Source of the DNA: an uncultured virus (IMG/VR IMGVR_UViG_3300042478_001433)
Lineage: Duplodnaviria; Heunggongvirae; Uroviricota; Caudoviricetes
Virus record (IMG/VR): IMGVR_UViG_3300042478_001433
DNA length: 64,000 nt
Reading direction: 5' to 3' (one strand)
Below are positions 56,078-64,000 of this stretch, in pieces. The stretch's first letter is position 1; each line of letters opens with the position of its first letter. A program made the translations under genes and the position numbers. The notes under the pieces were generated by a model. It was given only the letters and a program-made list of their open reading frames with translations. It ran no database searches and had not been told where the DNA came from.

Positions 56078-57523
56078 ATGTACACCGGCTTTAACAACTA
56101 CGACCGGCCGATTGCGCAGCGCCGCGTTACTCGCGTACAGGATGCCAACTCATCGTGGTATGCAATGGAGCCGCATTGGGTTCTCATCGAGGATCTACTG
56201 GGCGGCACCTATGGGATGCGCCGCAAGCATCGGCGTTACCTGCCGCAGGAGCCAAGGGAGTTAGATGAAAGCTATGACAATCGACTGGCGCGATCAGTTT
56301 GCCCGCCGTTCTATCAGCGTCTAGAGCGGATGCTGGCTGGCATGTTGACGCGCAAACCAGTGCGGCTTGATGACACAGCAGATGTGATCAGCGAACAGTT
56401 GTTTGATGTTGACCTACAAGGCAATGACCTCAACGTCTGGACCTACGAAACCACCCGCAAGATGGTCCGTTATGGCCACATTGGTGTACTGGTGGATGCA
56501 CCTGCTGATGGGGGTAGACCCTACTGGGTGACCTACACGCCACGGCAGATCCTTGGTTGGCGTGCTGAGCAGCAGGAAGGCCGGCAGGTGTTAACGCAGT
56601 TGCGACTAGCCGAGACGGTCACCGTGCCTGATGGTGAGTTTGGCGAGAAGGCAGTGGAGCAAATCCGTGTGCTGACGCCAGGTGAATTCCAACTGCATCA
56701 GAAGCAAGACAACGGCGACTTTAAGGTTGTCGACGAGGGCCGCACAAGCCTTTCTGAGATTCCTTTCTCAGTTGCCTATGCGCAGCGCCATGGCTTTATG
56801 GAGTCACGGCCGCCGCTGGAGGATATCGCTGAGCTGAACCTCAAGGCTTATCAAATCCAAAGCGATCTCGATAACCAGCTTCACATCAGCGCTGTGCCGA
56901 TGCTGGCGTTTTATGGCTTCCCATCTGCAGCAGAGGAAGTCAGCGCTGGGCCTGGCGAGGCGATCGCATTCCCTGCTGATGGCCGCGCTGAATATATCGA
57001 GCCAGCCGGCCGCAGTTTTGATTATCAGTTTCGCAGGCTTGAGCAGCTTGCACTGCAGATCAATGAGCTAGGTCTGTCGGCAGTACTGGGCCAGAAGCTA
57101 TCTGCTGAAACTGCTGAGGCAAAGCGCATTGATCGCAGCCAAGGCGACAGCACCATGATGGTGATTGCGCAGAATGTGCAGGACATGATCGACAACTGCC
57201 TGCAGTTTCATGCGCAGTACATCGGCAACAACACATCCCCTGGCAGCAGCTACGTCAACCGTGACTTCCTTGGCACACGCCTTGAACCGCAGGAGATTCA
57301 AGCGCTGCTGCAGCTTTACACCGCAGGCACCATCACGCAAGAAACCTTACTGCGTGAGCTTGCCGAAGGCGATGTACTAGGCGACGACTTTAACGTGGAT
57401 GAGGAGCTTGAAGCTACGGCCAATGCGGGGCTTGATCTACAACCTGCTGGATTGGGTGACCGACCGCTTAGTGGACCTGATGATCTGGATGGAACCGAGG
57501 AAACCGAGGAGGCAAGAGCTTGA
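56078..57523 (+). CDS. Portal protein (B)
   Basis: Homolog of 11540-12985. Confidence 0.88.
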   Translation: MYTGFNNYDRPIAQRRVTRVQDANSSWYAMEPHWVLIEDLLGGTYGMRRKHRRYLPQEPRELDESYDNRLARSVCPPFYQRLERMLAGMLTRKPVRLDDTADVISEQLFDVDLQGNDLNVWTYETTRKMVRYGHIGVLVDAPADGGRPYWVTYTPRQILGWRAEQQEGRQVLTQLRLAETVTVPDGEFGEKAVEQIRVLTPGEFQLHQKQDNGDFKVVDEGRTSLSEIPFSVAYAQRHGFMESRPPLEDIAELNLKAYQIQSDLDNQLHISAVPMLAFYGFPSAAEEVSAGPGEAIAFPADGRAEYIEPAGRSFDYQFRRLEQLALQINELGLSAVLGQKLSAETAEAKRIDRSQGDSTMMVIAQNVQDMIDNCLQFHAQYIGNNTSPGSSYVNRDFLGTRLEPQEIQALLQLYTAGTITQETLLRELAEGDVLGDDFNVDEELEATANAGLDLQPAGLGDRPLSGPDDLDGTEETEEARA

Positions 57524-57743
57524 TTATCACGTCAGCGCTCTGCCGGAACAGGTCTTAGCCATCGTGCGCATCAGCTGGTACAAGGAAGGCAGGCCAGATG
57601 AGATTGACGAAACGATCTTGTACGAAGACGGGCAAAATGGTTACGACGCATTCGCTGCATTGGTCACTACTGCATTGAACCGCGGCGCTAATGTCAGCAT
57701 CCGCAGCGGCTATCAACCGGAAGATCTTGGCATTGAACGATGA
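57423..57743 (+). CDS. Conserved protein overlapping the portal end (B)
   Basis: Homolog of 12885-13205. Confidence 0.75.
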   Translation: MRGLIYNLLDWVTDRLVDLMIWMEPRKPRRQELDYHVSALPEQVLAIVRISWYKEGRPDEIDETILYEDGQNGYDAFAALVTTALNRGANVSIRSGYQPEDLGIER

Positions 57744-58954
57744 GCACACCAGAAGCGCTCTACCGCAATGCAATAGACCTCAACCGCTACAGCAATAGCG
57801 TTGCGCGGCGTGTCATCAATGCTTACAACGACATCATCATTGATGCGGTCAATCAGCTGCGCACGATTGACGAGCTGTCCGCACCAGTCAAAGCGGCACG
57901 GCTGCGTGCAATTCTTGCTCAGTTGAAGGACAGCCTGGCAACCTGGGCAGGCGATGCAACTGAGCTGACAGCATTAGAGCTGCAAGGCATTGCAGAGCTG
58001 CAGTCGGAGTTTGTGACCGATCAACTGCGGCGTGCATTGCCAGCAGGTGCACGTGATGCGGTGCGCACCGTTGAGATCAGCCCGCAGTTCGCGCAGTCAG
58101 TGGTGACCACTGATCCAACGCAGATCAATGTGGTGGCGTTGTCGGACGACTTGTTCAAGTCTGTCTATGGCGCGGAAGCCCTAGCGCAGCAGGCTGGCAC
58201 CGGCACGTTCAGCCTCACCGCTGCCAAAGGCGCCACAATCACACTGCCCAATGGCGAAGTGGTCACCAAAGCATTTCGCGGCATTGCCGTTGATCAGGCT
58301 GAGCGGTTTAGCCAAGTCGTGCGGCAAGGCTTGCTGACTGGTGAGCCGACGCCAGCCATTGCCAAGCGGCTGATCGGAAACCTTGAATTTGGCGAAGAAG
58401 CCAAAACCGTGAAGCAGCTAGTTGCAGCAGGCGGCCAAGCAACAGCAGTTGCCGACAATCAGATCGTTAGCCTTGTGCGCACCAGTATCAACCAAGTAGC
58501 CAATGCAGCTAGTCAGCAAGTATATGAAGCCAATCAAGACATCACTAAGAAGTATCGCTATGTGGCAACACTGGATACCCGCACCAGCAGCATTTGCCGT
58601 GCATTGGATGGCCGCGAGTTTGAATACGGCAAGGGTCCGACTCCGCCGCAGCATTTCAACTGCCGCAGCACGACAGTGCCGGTGATTGACTACGACGAAC
58701 TAGGTTTCACGCCACCACCGCCAGCAAAGCGTGCATCAGCAGGCGGCCAAGTGCCGGCAGATCAAACCTACGGGCAGTGGCTGGCAAAGCAGAACCTTGA
58801 AACCAAGGCCAAGGCATTGGGCGCCAACAAGGTGCCGTATTTCAACCGGCTTGCCGACAAATACGGCCCGACTGATGCTATCGCCAAGCTAGTTCGTGAT
58901 GACGGTTCAGAGCTAACCTTGGATCAGCTTCGTGCACGATATGGACCTGCCTAG
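57740..58954 (+). CDS. Minor head protein gp7/F (B)
   Basis: PPQHFNCRS motif. Confidence 0.9.
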   Translation: MSTPEALYRNAIDLNRYSNSVARRVINAYNDIIIDAVNQLRTIDELSAPVKAARLRAILAQLKDSLATWAGDATELTALELQGIAELQSEFVTDQLRRALPAGARDAVRTVEISPQFAQSVVTTDPTQINVVALSDDLFKSVYGAEALAQQAGTGTFSLTAAKGATITLPNGEVVTKAFRGIAVDQAERFSQVVRQGLLTGEPTPAIAKRLIGNLEFGEEAKTVKQLVAAGGQATAVADNQIVSLVRTSINQVANAASQQVYEANQDITKKYRYVATLDTRTSSICRALDGREFEYGKGPTPPQHFNCRSTTVPVIDYDELGFTPPPPAKRASAGGQVPADQTYGQWLAKQNLETKAKALGANKVPYFNRLADKYGPTDAIAKLVRDDGSELTLDQLRARYGPA

Positions 58955-59240
58955 CCTGCGGCATTTTGAGAATCGCGGCATCTTTTTTGTTAGCTCTGAT
59001 CCAGTTGAAGCCCTGCACGGCGAGGCATGGGTGCCAGCTATTTACACCGACAAGGGCTGGGCAACGGCAGACGGCTCTACACTGTTAACAGGTATTGAGG
59101 AATGGCGCGATGCCGCTGAAGCGGGGCAAGTCGCAGGCTGCAGTATCAGCCAACATCAAAACCGAGATGAAAAAAGGCAAGCCGCAAAAACAAGCGGTGG
59201 CAATCGCGCTCGCAAAAGCCGGCAAGTCACGCAAGGGTAA
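58941..59240 (+). CDS. Conserved hypothetical protein (B)
   Basis: Homolog of 14373-14675. Confidence 0.6.
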   Translation: MDLPSLRHFENRGIFFVSSDPVEALHGEAWVPAIYTDKGWATADGSTLLTGIEEWRDAAEAGQVAGCSISQHQNRDEKRQAAKTSGGNRARKSRQVTQG

Positions 59241-59247
59241 GAAGTGA
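59110..59247 (+). CDS. Small basic protein MPLKRGKS... (B)
   Basis: Homolog of 14545-14679. Confidence 0.8.
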   Translation: MPLKRGKSQAAVSANIKTEMKKGKPQKQAVAIALAKAGKSRKGKK

Positions 59248-59402
59248 TGGCTAAGAAGCCTGGCCTATACGCCAACATTGCCGCTAAGCGCAAGCGCATT
59301 GCGGCCGGCAGTAACGAGCGCATGGCACGCAAGGGTGAAGCCGGCAGGCCTACTGCTGCTGCGTTCAAGGCTGCGGCTAAGACTGCGAAGAAAAAGAAAT
59401 AA
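59247..59402 (+). CDS. Small basic protein [10 protein letters not shown]... (B)
   Basis: Homolog of 14679-14849. Confidence 0.8.
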   Translation: MAKKPGLYANIAAKRKRIAAGSNERMARKGEAGRPTAAAFKAAAKTAKKKK

Positions 59403-59442
59403 TCAGCACGGCTAGAATGCGATTATGAATTCATAAAAGCCA

Positions 59443-59790
<348 letters not shown>

Positions 59791-60036
59791 TCAGTCCGCA
59801 AGAAAGTCATCCCAGCTTCCAAGCTGCTCCATGACAGCTTGCGCGTGATCAGTGATCAGGAGTATGTCGCCATCCTCGTCACGAGCAATGGCGACAACTC
59901 TTGATAGGTGCAAATTTCCAACAGCGGCAAACATCTTTGTTTCGTTGCCGTCTTCATCGATGTCAATCACACGGGACAATGCAGATCGAATATCGCGTGA
60001 GCCAATCCCTTCTGGATTGTGCTTGATGATTTCCAT
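59791..60036 (-). CDS. Small acidic protein, B only
   Basis: Convergent with 59443-59790; the two stop codons abut. Confidence 0.6.
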   Translation of the reverse strand: MEIIKHNPEGIGSRDIRSALSRVIDIDEDGNETKMFAAVGNLHLSRVVAIARDEDGDILLITDHAQAVMEQLGSWDDFLAD

Positions 60037-60085
60037 TCCAGTTAATTCACTAAACTAATAGCGTAACTGACCCTGCGGGTTATTC

Positions 60086-60754
60086 ATGTCTGAAGAAAAC
60101 CAGATCCAGGAGCCTGCGGCAACTGGTGATACTGAAATGCTGCAGCGCAGCGTTGAAGCCCTAGAACGCAAGAATCAAGAGCTGATTGCTGAGCTGCGTG
60201 CAGCAAAGAAATCCAAGACGCCTGATGGGGTCAATGTTGATGAACTGCTGGAGTTCAAGCGCAACTACGAGCAGCAACAACTCGAATCTCAAGGCAAATA
60301 CCAAGAGGCACGACAGGCTTTGGAGCAGCAGTTCCGTGAGGCGACGGCTGAAAAGGACCAGCGCATTGCAACACTTGAAGCCCGCGTCCGCGAGCTAGAG
60401 CTGGTCACACCAGCAGTCACGGCATTGGCTGACATCGTGCATGACCCTGACCTCGTGCTGAAGACCAAGCTGTCGCCTGATGCGATCCAGCGCGAACCCG
60501 ACGGCACCGTGGTCGTTGTGGACGGCTACGAGCGCAAGCCTGTCGCTGAATGGGCCAAAACACTGCCGGCATGGATGCAGAAGCAACCCAAGCCACAAGG
60601 CAGCGGCGCACCAACCGGCGGCAGCAATGGCACCATTCCGGCTGGCATGAGCAATCCATTCAACCGCGATAGCTTCAACCTCACAGAGCAGTCGCGGCTA
60701 TTCCGTACAGACCGCGACCTATATGAGCGGATGAAAACTGCAGCCAACCGTTAG
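60086..60754 (+). CDS. Scaffolding protein (B)
   Basis: Homolog of 14878-15549. Confidence 0.8.
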   Translation: MSEENQIQEPAATGDTEMLQRSVEALERKNQELIAELRAAKKSKTPDGVNVDELLEFKRNYEQQQLESQGKYQEARQALEQQFREATAEKDQRIATLEARVRELELVTPAVTALADIVHDPDLVLKTKLSPDAIQREPDGTVVVVDGYERKPVAEWAKTLPAWMQKQPKPQGSGAPTGGSNGTIPAGMSNPFNRDSFNLTEQSRLFRTDRDLYERMKTAANR

Positions 60755-60838
60755 TATTTGAGTGTCTGCTCGTGATGGCTGCGCCACATAGAGCCTGGGG
60801 CTGCGCCCACATCCGTAAACCCTTTTTGAGGATTAGTC

Positions 60839-61870
60839 ATGGCGACTCTTCGCTCTGACATCATCATCCCCGAGGTATTTACGCCTTACGTCATTGAGCA
60901 AACCACTCAGCGCGATGCCTTCCTGGCTTCCGGTGTGGTGCAGCCTCTGGCGGAGCTGAATGCCACCGAGGGCGGTGATTTCATCAACGTTCCCTTCTGG
61001 AAAGCAAACCTTTCCGGCGATTTCGAGGTGCTGACCGACAGCACCAGCCTCACACCTGGCAAGATCCAAGCTGACAAGCAAGTTGGCGTGATCCTGCACC
61101 GTGGCCGTGCTTTTGAGTCGCGCGACCTGGCTGCTCTTGCTGCCGGTTCTGACCCTATGGCCGCCATCGGCGCCAAGATCGCTGATTACATCGCTAACCA
61201 GCGCCAGAAGGATCTGCTGTCCTGCCTTGGCGGTGTGTTCGGCAGCCTGGGATCCACCTCCAGCTCTGCTGCCTTCTTTGGCCTGACCATTGATGGCGAG
61301 TCTGGTGATACTCCCACCACGCTGAGCCCCCGTCACGTTGCTGAAGCCCGCAGCCTGCTGGGCGATCAAGGCGACAAGCTGGCTGCTGTTGCCATGCACT
61401 CCAAGGTCTATTACGACCTGGTTGAGCGCAAGGCCATCGACTACGTGACCGAGACAGACGCACGTCTAACCTCTAGCGTCACTGACTTCGTTGGCGGCAG
61501 CATCGCTGGTGCCTACGGTCCCGTGAGCGTGCCGACCTACATGGGTCTGCGCGTGATCGTGTCTGACGATGTGCAGACCGATGGCAGCGGTTCTTCGACC
61601 GAATACGCCACCTATTTCTTCACCCAAGGCGCTGTTGCCAGCGGTGAACAGATGGCGATGCAGACCGAAACCGATCGTGACATCCTCGCCAAGAGCGATG
61701 CCATGTCAATCGACCTGCACTACTGCTACCACCCCGTTGGCGCTAAGTGGGCGGTGACTACTGCCAACCCCACTCGCGCTCAGCTGGAAACGGTTGCTAA
61801 CTGGTCAAAGGTGTACGAGCTGAAAAACCTAGGTGTCGTACGTTCGACGAATACCTCCAATTTTGACTGA
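60839..61870 (+). CDS. Major capsid protein (B)
   Basis: Homolog of 15622-16644. Confidence 0.88.
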   Translation: MATLRSDIIIPEVFTPYVIEQTTQRDAFLASGVVQPLAELNATEGGDFINVPFWKANLSGDFEVLTDSTSLTPGKIQADKQVGVILHRGRAFESRDLAALAAGSDPMAAIGAKIADYIANQRQKDLLSCLGGVFGSLGSTSSSAAFFGLTIDGESGDTPTTLSPRHVAEARSLLGDQGDKLAAVAMHSKVYYDLVERKAIDYVTETDARLTSSVTDFVGGSIAGAYGPVSVPTYMGLRVIVSDDVQTDGSGSSTEYATYFFTQGAVASGEQMAMQTETDRDILAKSDAMSIDLHYCYHPVGAKWAVTTANPTRAQLETVANWSKVYELKNLGVVRSTNTSNFD

Positions 61871-61881
61871 GGTAACTAACA

Positions 61882-62280
61882 ATGGCACAACCCTCCCAGT
61901 TTGAACTGTCCACCGAGCAGTACCTCGAAGCCACTTTTTACGGTGCATCCTCGATTGCCGACGTGCAATTCTGGACTGCTCCGGTGAAGTGCGAGGTGGT
62001 TGCAGTGCGTGAAGTTCACGCCACTGCCGGCAACGATGCTGGCGCCGTAACTGGCACCGTTCGTCGTTGCCAAGGCACTGAAGCCGCCACCGCTGGTGAC
62101 GACCTTCTGAGCGCCACCATCAACTTCAAAGGCACTGCTCTTACTGAGCAAACCCCTGCTCTGACCACCACCAACGGCGATCGCATCCTTGAGGCTGGCA
62201 ACCGCCTGGCTCTTGATGTCACCGGCACCACCACCACTCTGGCTGGTGTGATCCTGACCGTGCTGCTGAAGCGCGTCTGA
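61882..62280 (+). CDS. Probable head decoration protein (B)
   Basis: Homolog of 16656-17057. Confidence 0.55.
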   Translation: MAQPSQFELSTEQYLEATFYGASSIADVQFWTAPVKCEVVAVREVHATAGNDAGAVTGTVRRCQGTEAATAGDDLLSATINFKGTALTEQTPALTTTNGDRILEAGNRLALDVTGTTTTLAGVILTVLLKRV

Positions 62281-62477
62281 TGGGCATGTTCGCCTTTCGG
62301 CGACTGCGTGAACTGGAGGCTGCTTCTAACGAGGCAGCCTCTCTTTCTATTGCAGAGCCCACACTTAAACTTGAGATGACGGAGCCACCCAACGATGGCA
62401 ATAGCAATCAACGCAACCGTAGGGTCGGCAAGCGCAAACTCCTACCTGACGCTGGCAGCAGCGCAGGAGATCATTGA
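62280..62477 (+). CDS. Small conserved hypothetical protein (B)
   Basis: MGMFAFRRLR; homolog of 17057-17233. Confidence 0.6.
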   Translation: MGMFAFRRLRELEAASNEAASLSIAEPTLKLEMTEPPNDGNSNQRNRRVGKRKLLPDAGSSAGDH

Positions 62478-62958
62478 TGGCTTTGTGCAAGATGCTGATG
62501 TGACGGCATGGGCATCAGCTACTACTGACCAAAAGAATCGAGCGCTGTTTACCGCTACCCAACGATTGGACCGTGAGCGGTTCCTAGGCGCCCGCGCTAC
62601 TGACACGCAGGCGCTGCAGTGGCCGCGTACTGGCGTGCGCAAGCCTGATACCTACATCAATACGTACGCTGTTGGCTTTCCGTTTCGCATCACGACGGAT
62701 TACTACACCGACACTGAGATTCCGCAACAGGTGCAGTATGCACAGGTTGTGCTGGCCACTTATCTCAACAACAACCCTGATGGCATTGGGCTAAGCGGGT
62801 TGGAAGACTACAAGAACGTCAAGATTGGCAGCATTGACGTGACTCCTAACCTCGGTTACGGCGCTGTTGGTGTTGACAAGGTGCCGCCGCTGATGGAGCG
62901 ATACTTGACCGGGCTTAGAATTAGCGGACCAGGCAACTTTGCAATCAAGCGGTCATGA
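62395..62958 (+). CDS. Head-tail adaptor (B)
   Basis: Homolog of 17169-17732. Confidence 0.75.
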   Translation: MAIAINATVGSASANSYLTLAAAQEIIDGFVQDADVTAWASATTDQKNRALFTATQRLDRERFLGARATDTQALQWPRTGVRKPDTYINTYAVGFPFRITTDYYTDTEIPQQVQYAQVVLATYLNNNPDGIGLSGLEDYKNVKIGSIDVTPNLGYGAVGVDKVPPLMERYLTGLRISGPGNFAIKRS

Positions 62959-63182
62959 GTTACAAGTATCCCGGCGCCGAATATATCGACGACACTGCAG
63001 CGCATACCGGCCGCTTCGGCAAAATCGTTGCCCTTGAAGACACGGTGATCGCTAGCTTGGCTGCAATGGATTGGACTGGCAACGCACTCAGCGCCATCCC
63101 GTTTAAGGCAAGCACCGAACTTGAAGGCGTGTTTACCAGCATCACATTGACCAGCGGCACTGTTGTTGCTTACAGGCTCTGA
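62955..63182 (+). CDS. Small virion protein (B)
   Basis: Homolog of 17735-17965. Confidence 0.7.
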   Translation: MSYKYPGAEYIDDTAAHTGRFGKIVALEDTVIASLAAMDWTGNALSAIPFKASTELEGVFTSITLTSGTVVAYRL

Positions 63183-63391
63183 TGGCTTACGTTCTTCCTG
63201 GTGGTGGTGATGCGGTAGCACGCGATGGGCTCGAAATCCCTACGCATGATTGCATTGTCAATACATACGACGGCGCAAATAACTTGCTAACTGCAACGTA
63301 CAAACGTGGCGGTACAAGCGGCAAAACCGTAGCAGTGCTGACAATGACCTATGATGGCAACAATAATCTGCTTACCGTTGTTCGGAGCTGA
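63182..63391 (+). CDS. Hypothetical virion protein, B only
   Basis: Internal repeat TYDGANNLLT / TYDGNNNLLT. Confidence 0.65.
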   Translation: MAYVLPGGGDAVARDGLEIPTHDCIVNTYDGANNLLTATYKRGGTSGKTVAVLTMTYDGNNNLLTVVRS

Positions 63392-63394
63392 GCA

Positions 63395-63928
63395 ATGGCC
63401 TTTAAGCTCAATCCGTTCACAAGTGGTCTTGATACAGTCCGCAACCAAATGTTGTGGGGGTCGTTTTATGACACGACTCAGCAGATTGCAGCGGCTGCTA
63501 ACACTGCCTATTCGATTGGCATTAATTCAACGGATGCTGATAGCCGTGGGATAAGCATTGCCTCTGGCTCACGAGTCACCTTTTCTAGGGCAGGCGTTTA
63601 CAGCGTCACTTACTCTGTCCAGTTTGTGAACACAAGCAACTCGATTCACGACATCAATATCTGGCTGCGCAAGAACGACAACGGCGCCAGCGGCGACGTG
63701 CCGGCTAGCGACAGTAAGTTCAGCATCATTTCAAGTCATGGCAGCGTTGATGGCCACGTTATTGGTTGCGTCAATTACGTTTTAAAACTTGCCGCTAACG
63801 ACTATCTAGAGTTAATTTGGTCTACCACAAATGTAGCCGCTAGCATCCAATCATTGCCATCATCGCCATCGGGACCAGCGCATCCCTCCATCCCTGGCAT
63901 TATCCTGACTGCAGTGCAGGTGGCCTAA
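63395..63928 (+). CDS. Beta-sandwich (C1q-like) putative virion protein, B only
   Basis: GSFYDTT...AGVYSV.YS.QF...IWLRKN...L.ANDYLEL pattern. Confidence 0.65.
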   Translation: MAFKLNPFTSGLDTVRNQMLWGSFYDTTQQIAAAANTAYSIGINSTDADSRGISIASGSRVTFSRAGVYSVTYSVQFVNTSNSIHDINIWLRKNDNGASGDVPASDSKFSIISSHGSVDGHVIGCVNYVLKLAANDYLELIWSTTNVAASIQSLPSSPSGPAHPSIPGIILTAVQVA

Positions 63929-64000
63929 TGGCATTAGCTAGTCCGCTACGCAAGGTTGCCAGCAAGCTGATGGCAAAGTTTGGCGGCGAAGCAACGATCC
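63928..64000 (+). CDS. Head-closure protein (B), truncated by the window end
   Basis: MALASPLRKVASKLMAKFGGEATI matches 18216. Confidence 0.75.
   Translation, partial: MALASPLRKVASKLMAKFGGEATI

Overview
The window holds two related but distinct siphovirus-type phage genomes joined head-to-tail. Unit A is apparently complete (1-44923, circularly permuted). Unit B is partial (44924-64000) and repeats A's gene order from the early leader through replication, packaging and head genes. A cyanobacterial-type AbrB regulator, an RpoD-family sigma factor and a candidate NblA-like gene point to a cyanobacterial host (inference). Bases 1-126 match 44924-45049 exactly and then diverge, so the join may be an assembly chimera; either way it gives a built-in comparative pair. 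The main finding is a four-gene cassette in A: IbrA/DUF3440 PP-loop protein, an ectoine-synthase-like (EctC) cupin fused to IbrB/ParB, an unknown protein, and a stand-alone DUF3440 C-terminal-like protein. It occupies the same slot that in B holds an SNF2-helicase/DNA-methyltransferase fusion, which suggests an uncharacterised DNA-modification system. Other signals: a structured early leader with an rrn-like boxB-boxA; a shared 16-bp-spacer promoter also carried by a moron; covarying C(UGC)G hairpins before the scaffold and capsid genes; an H-type pseudoknot after a UGA; a probable +1/-2 tail-chaperone frameshift; iteron-like ori repeats; and a cluster of very basic mini-proteins. No integrase, DNA polymerase, tRNA, rRNA or CRISPR array was seen. 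All family calls are from motif recognition by eye, not database searches.
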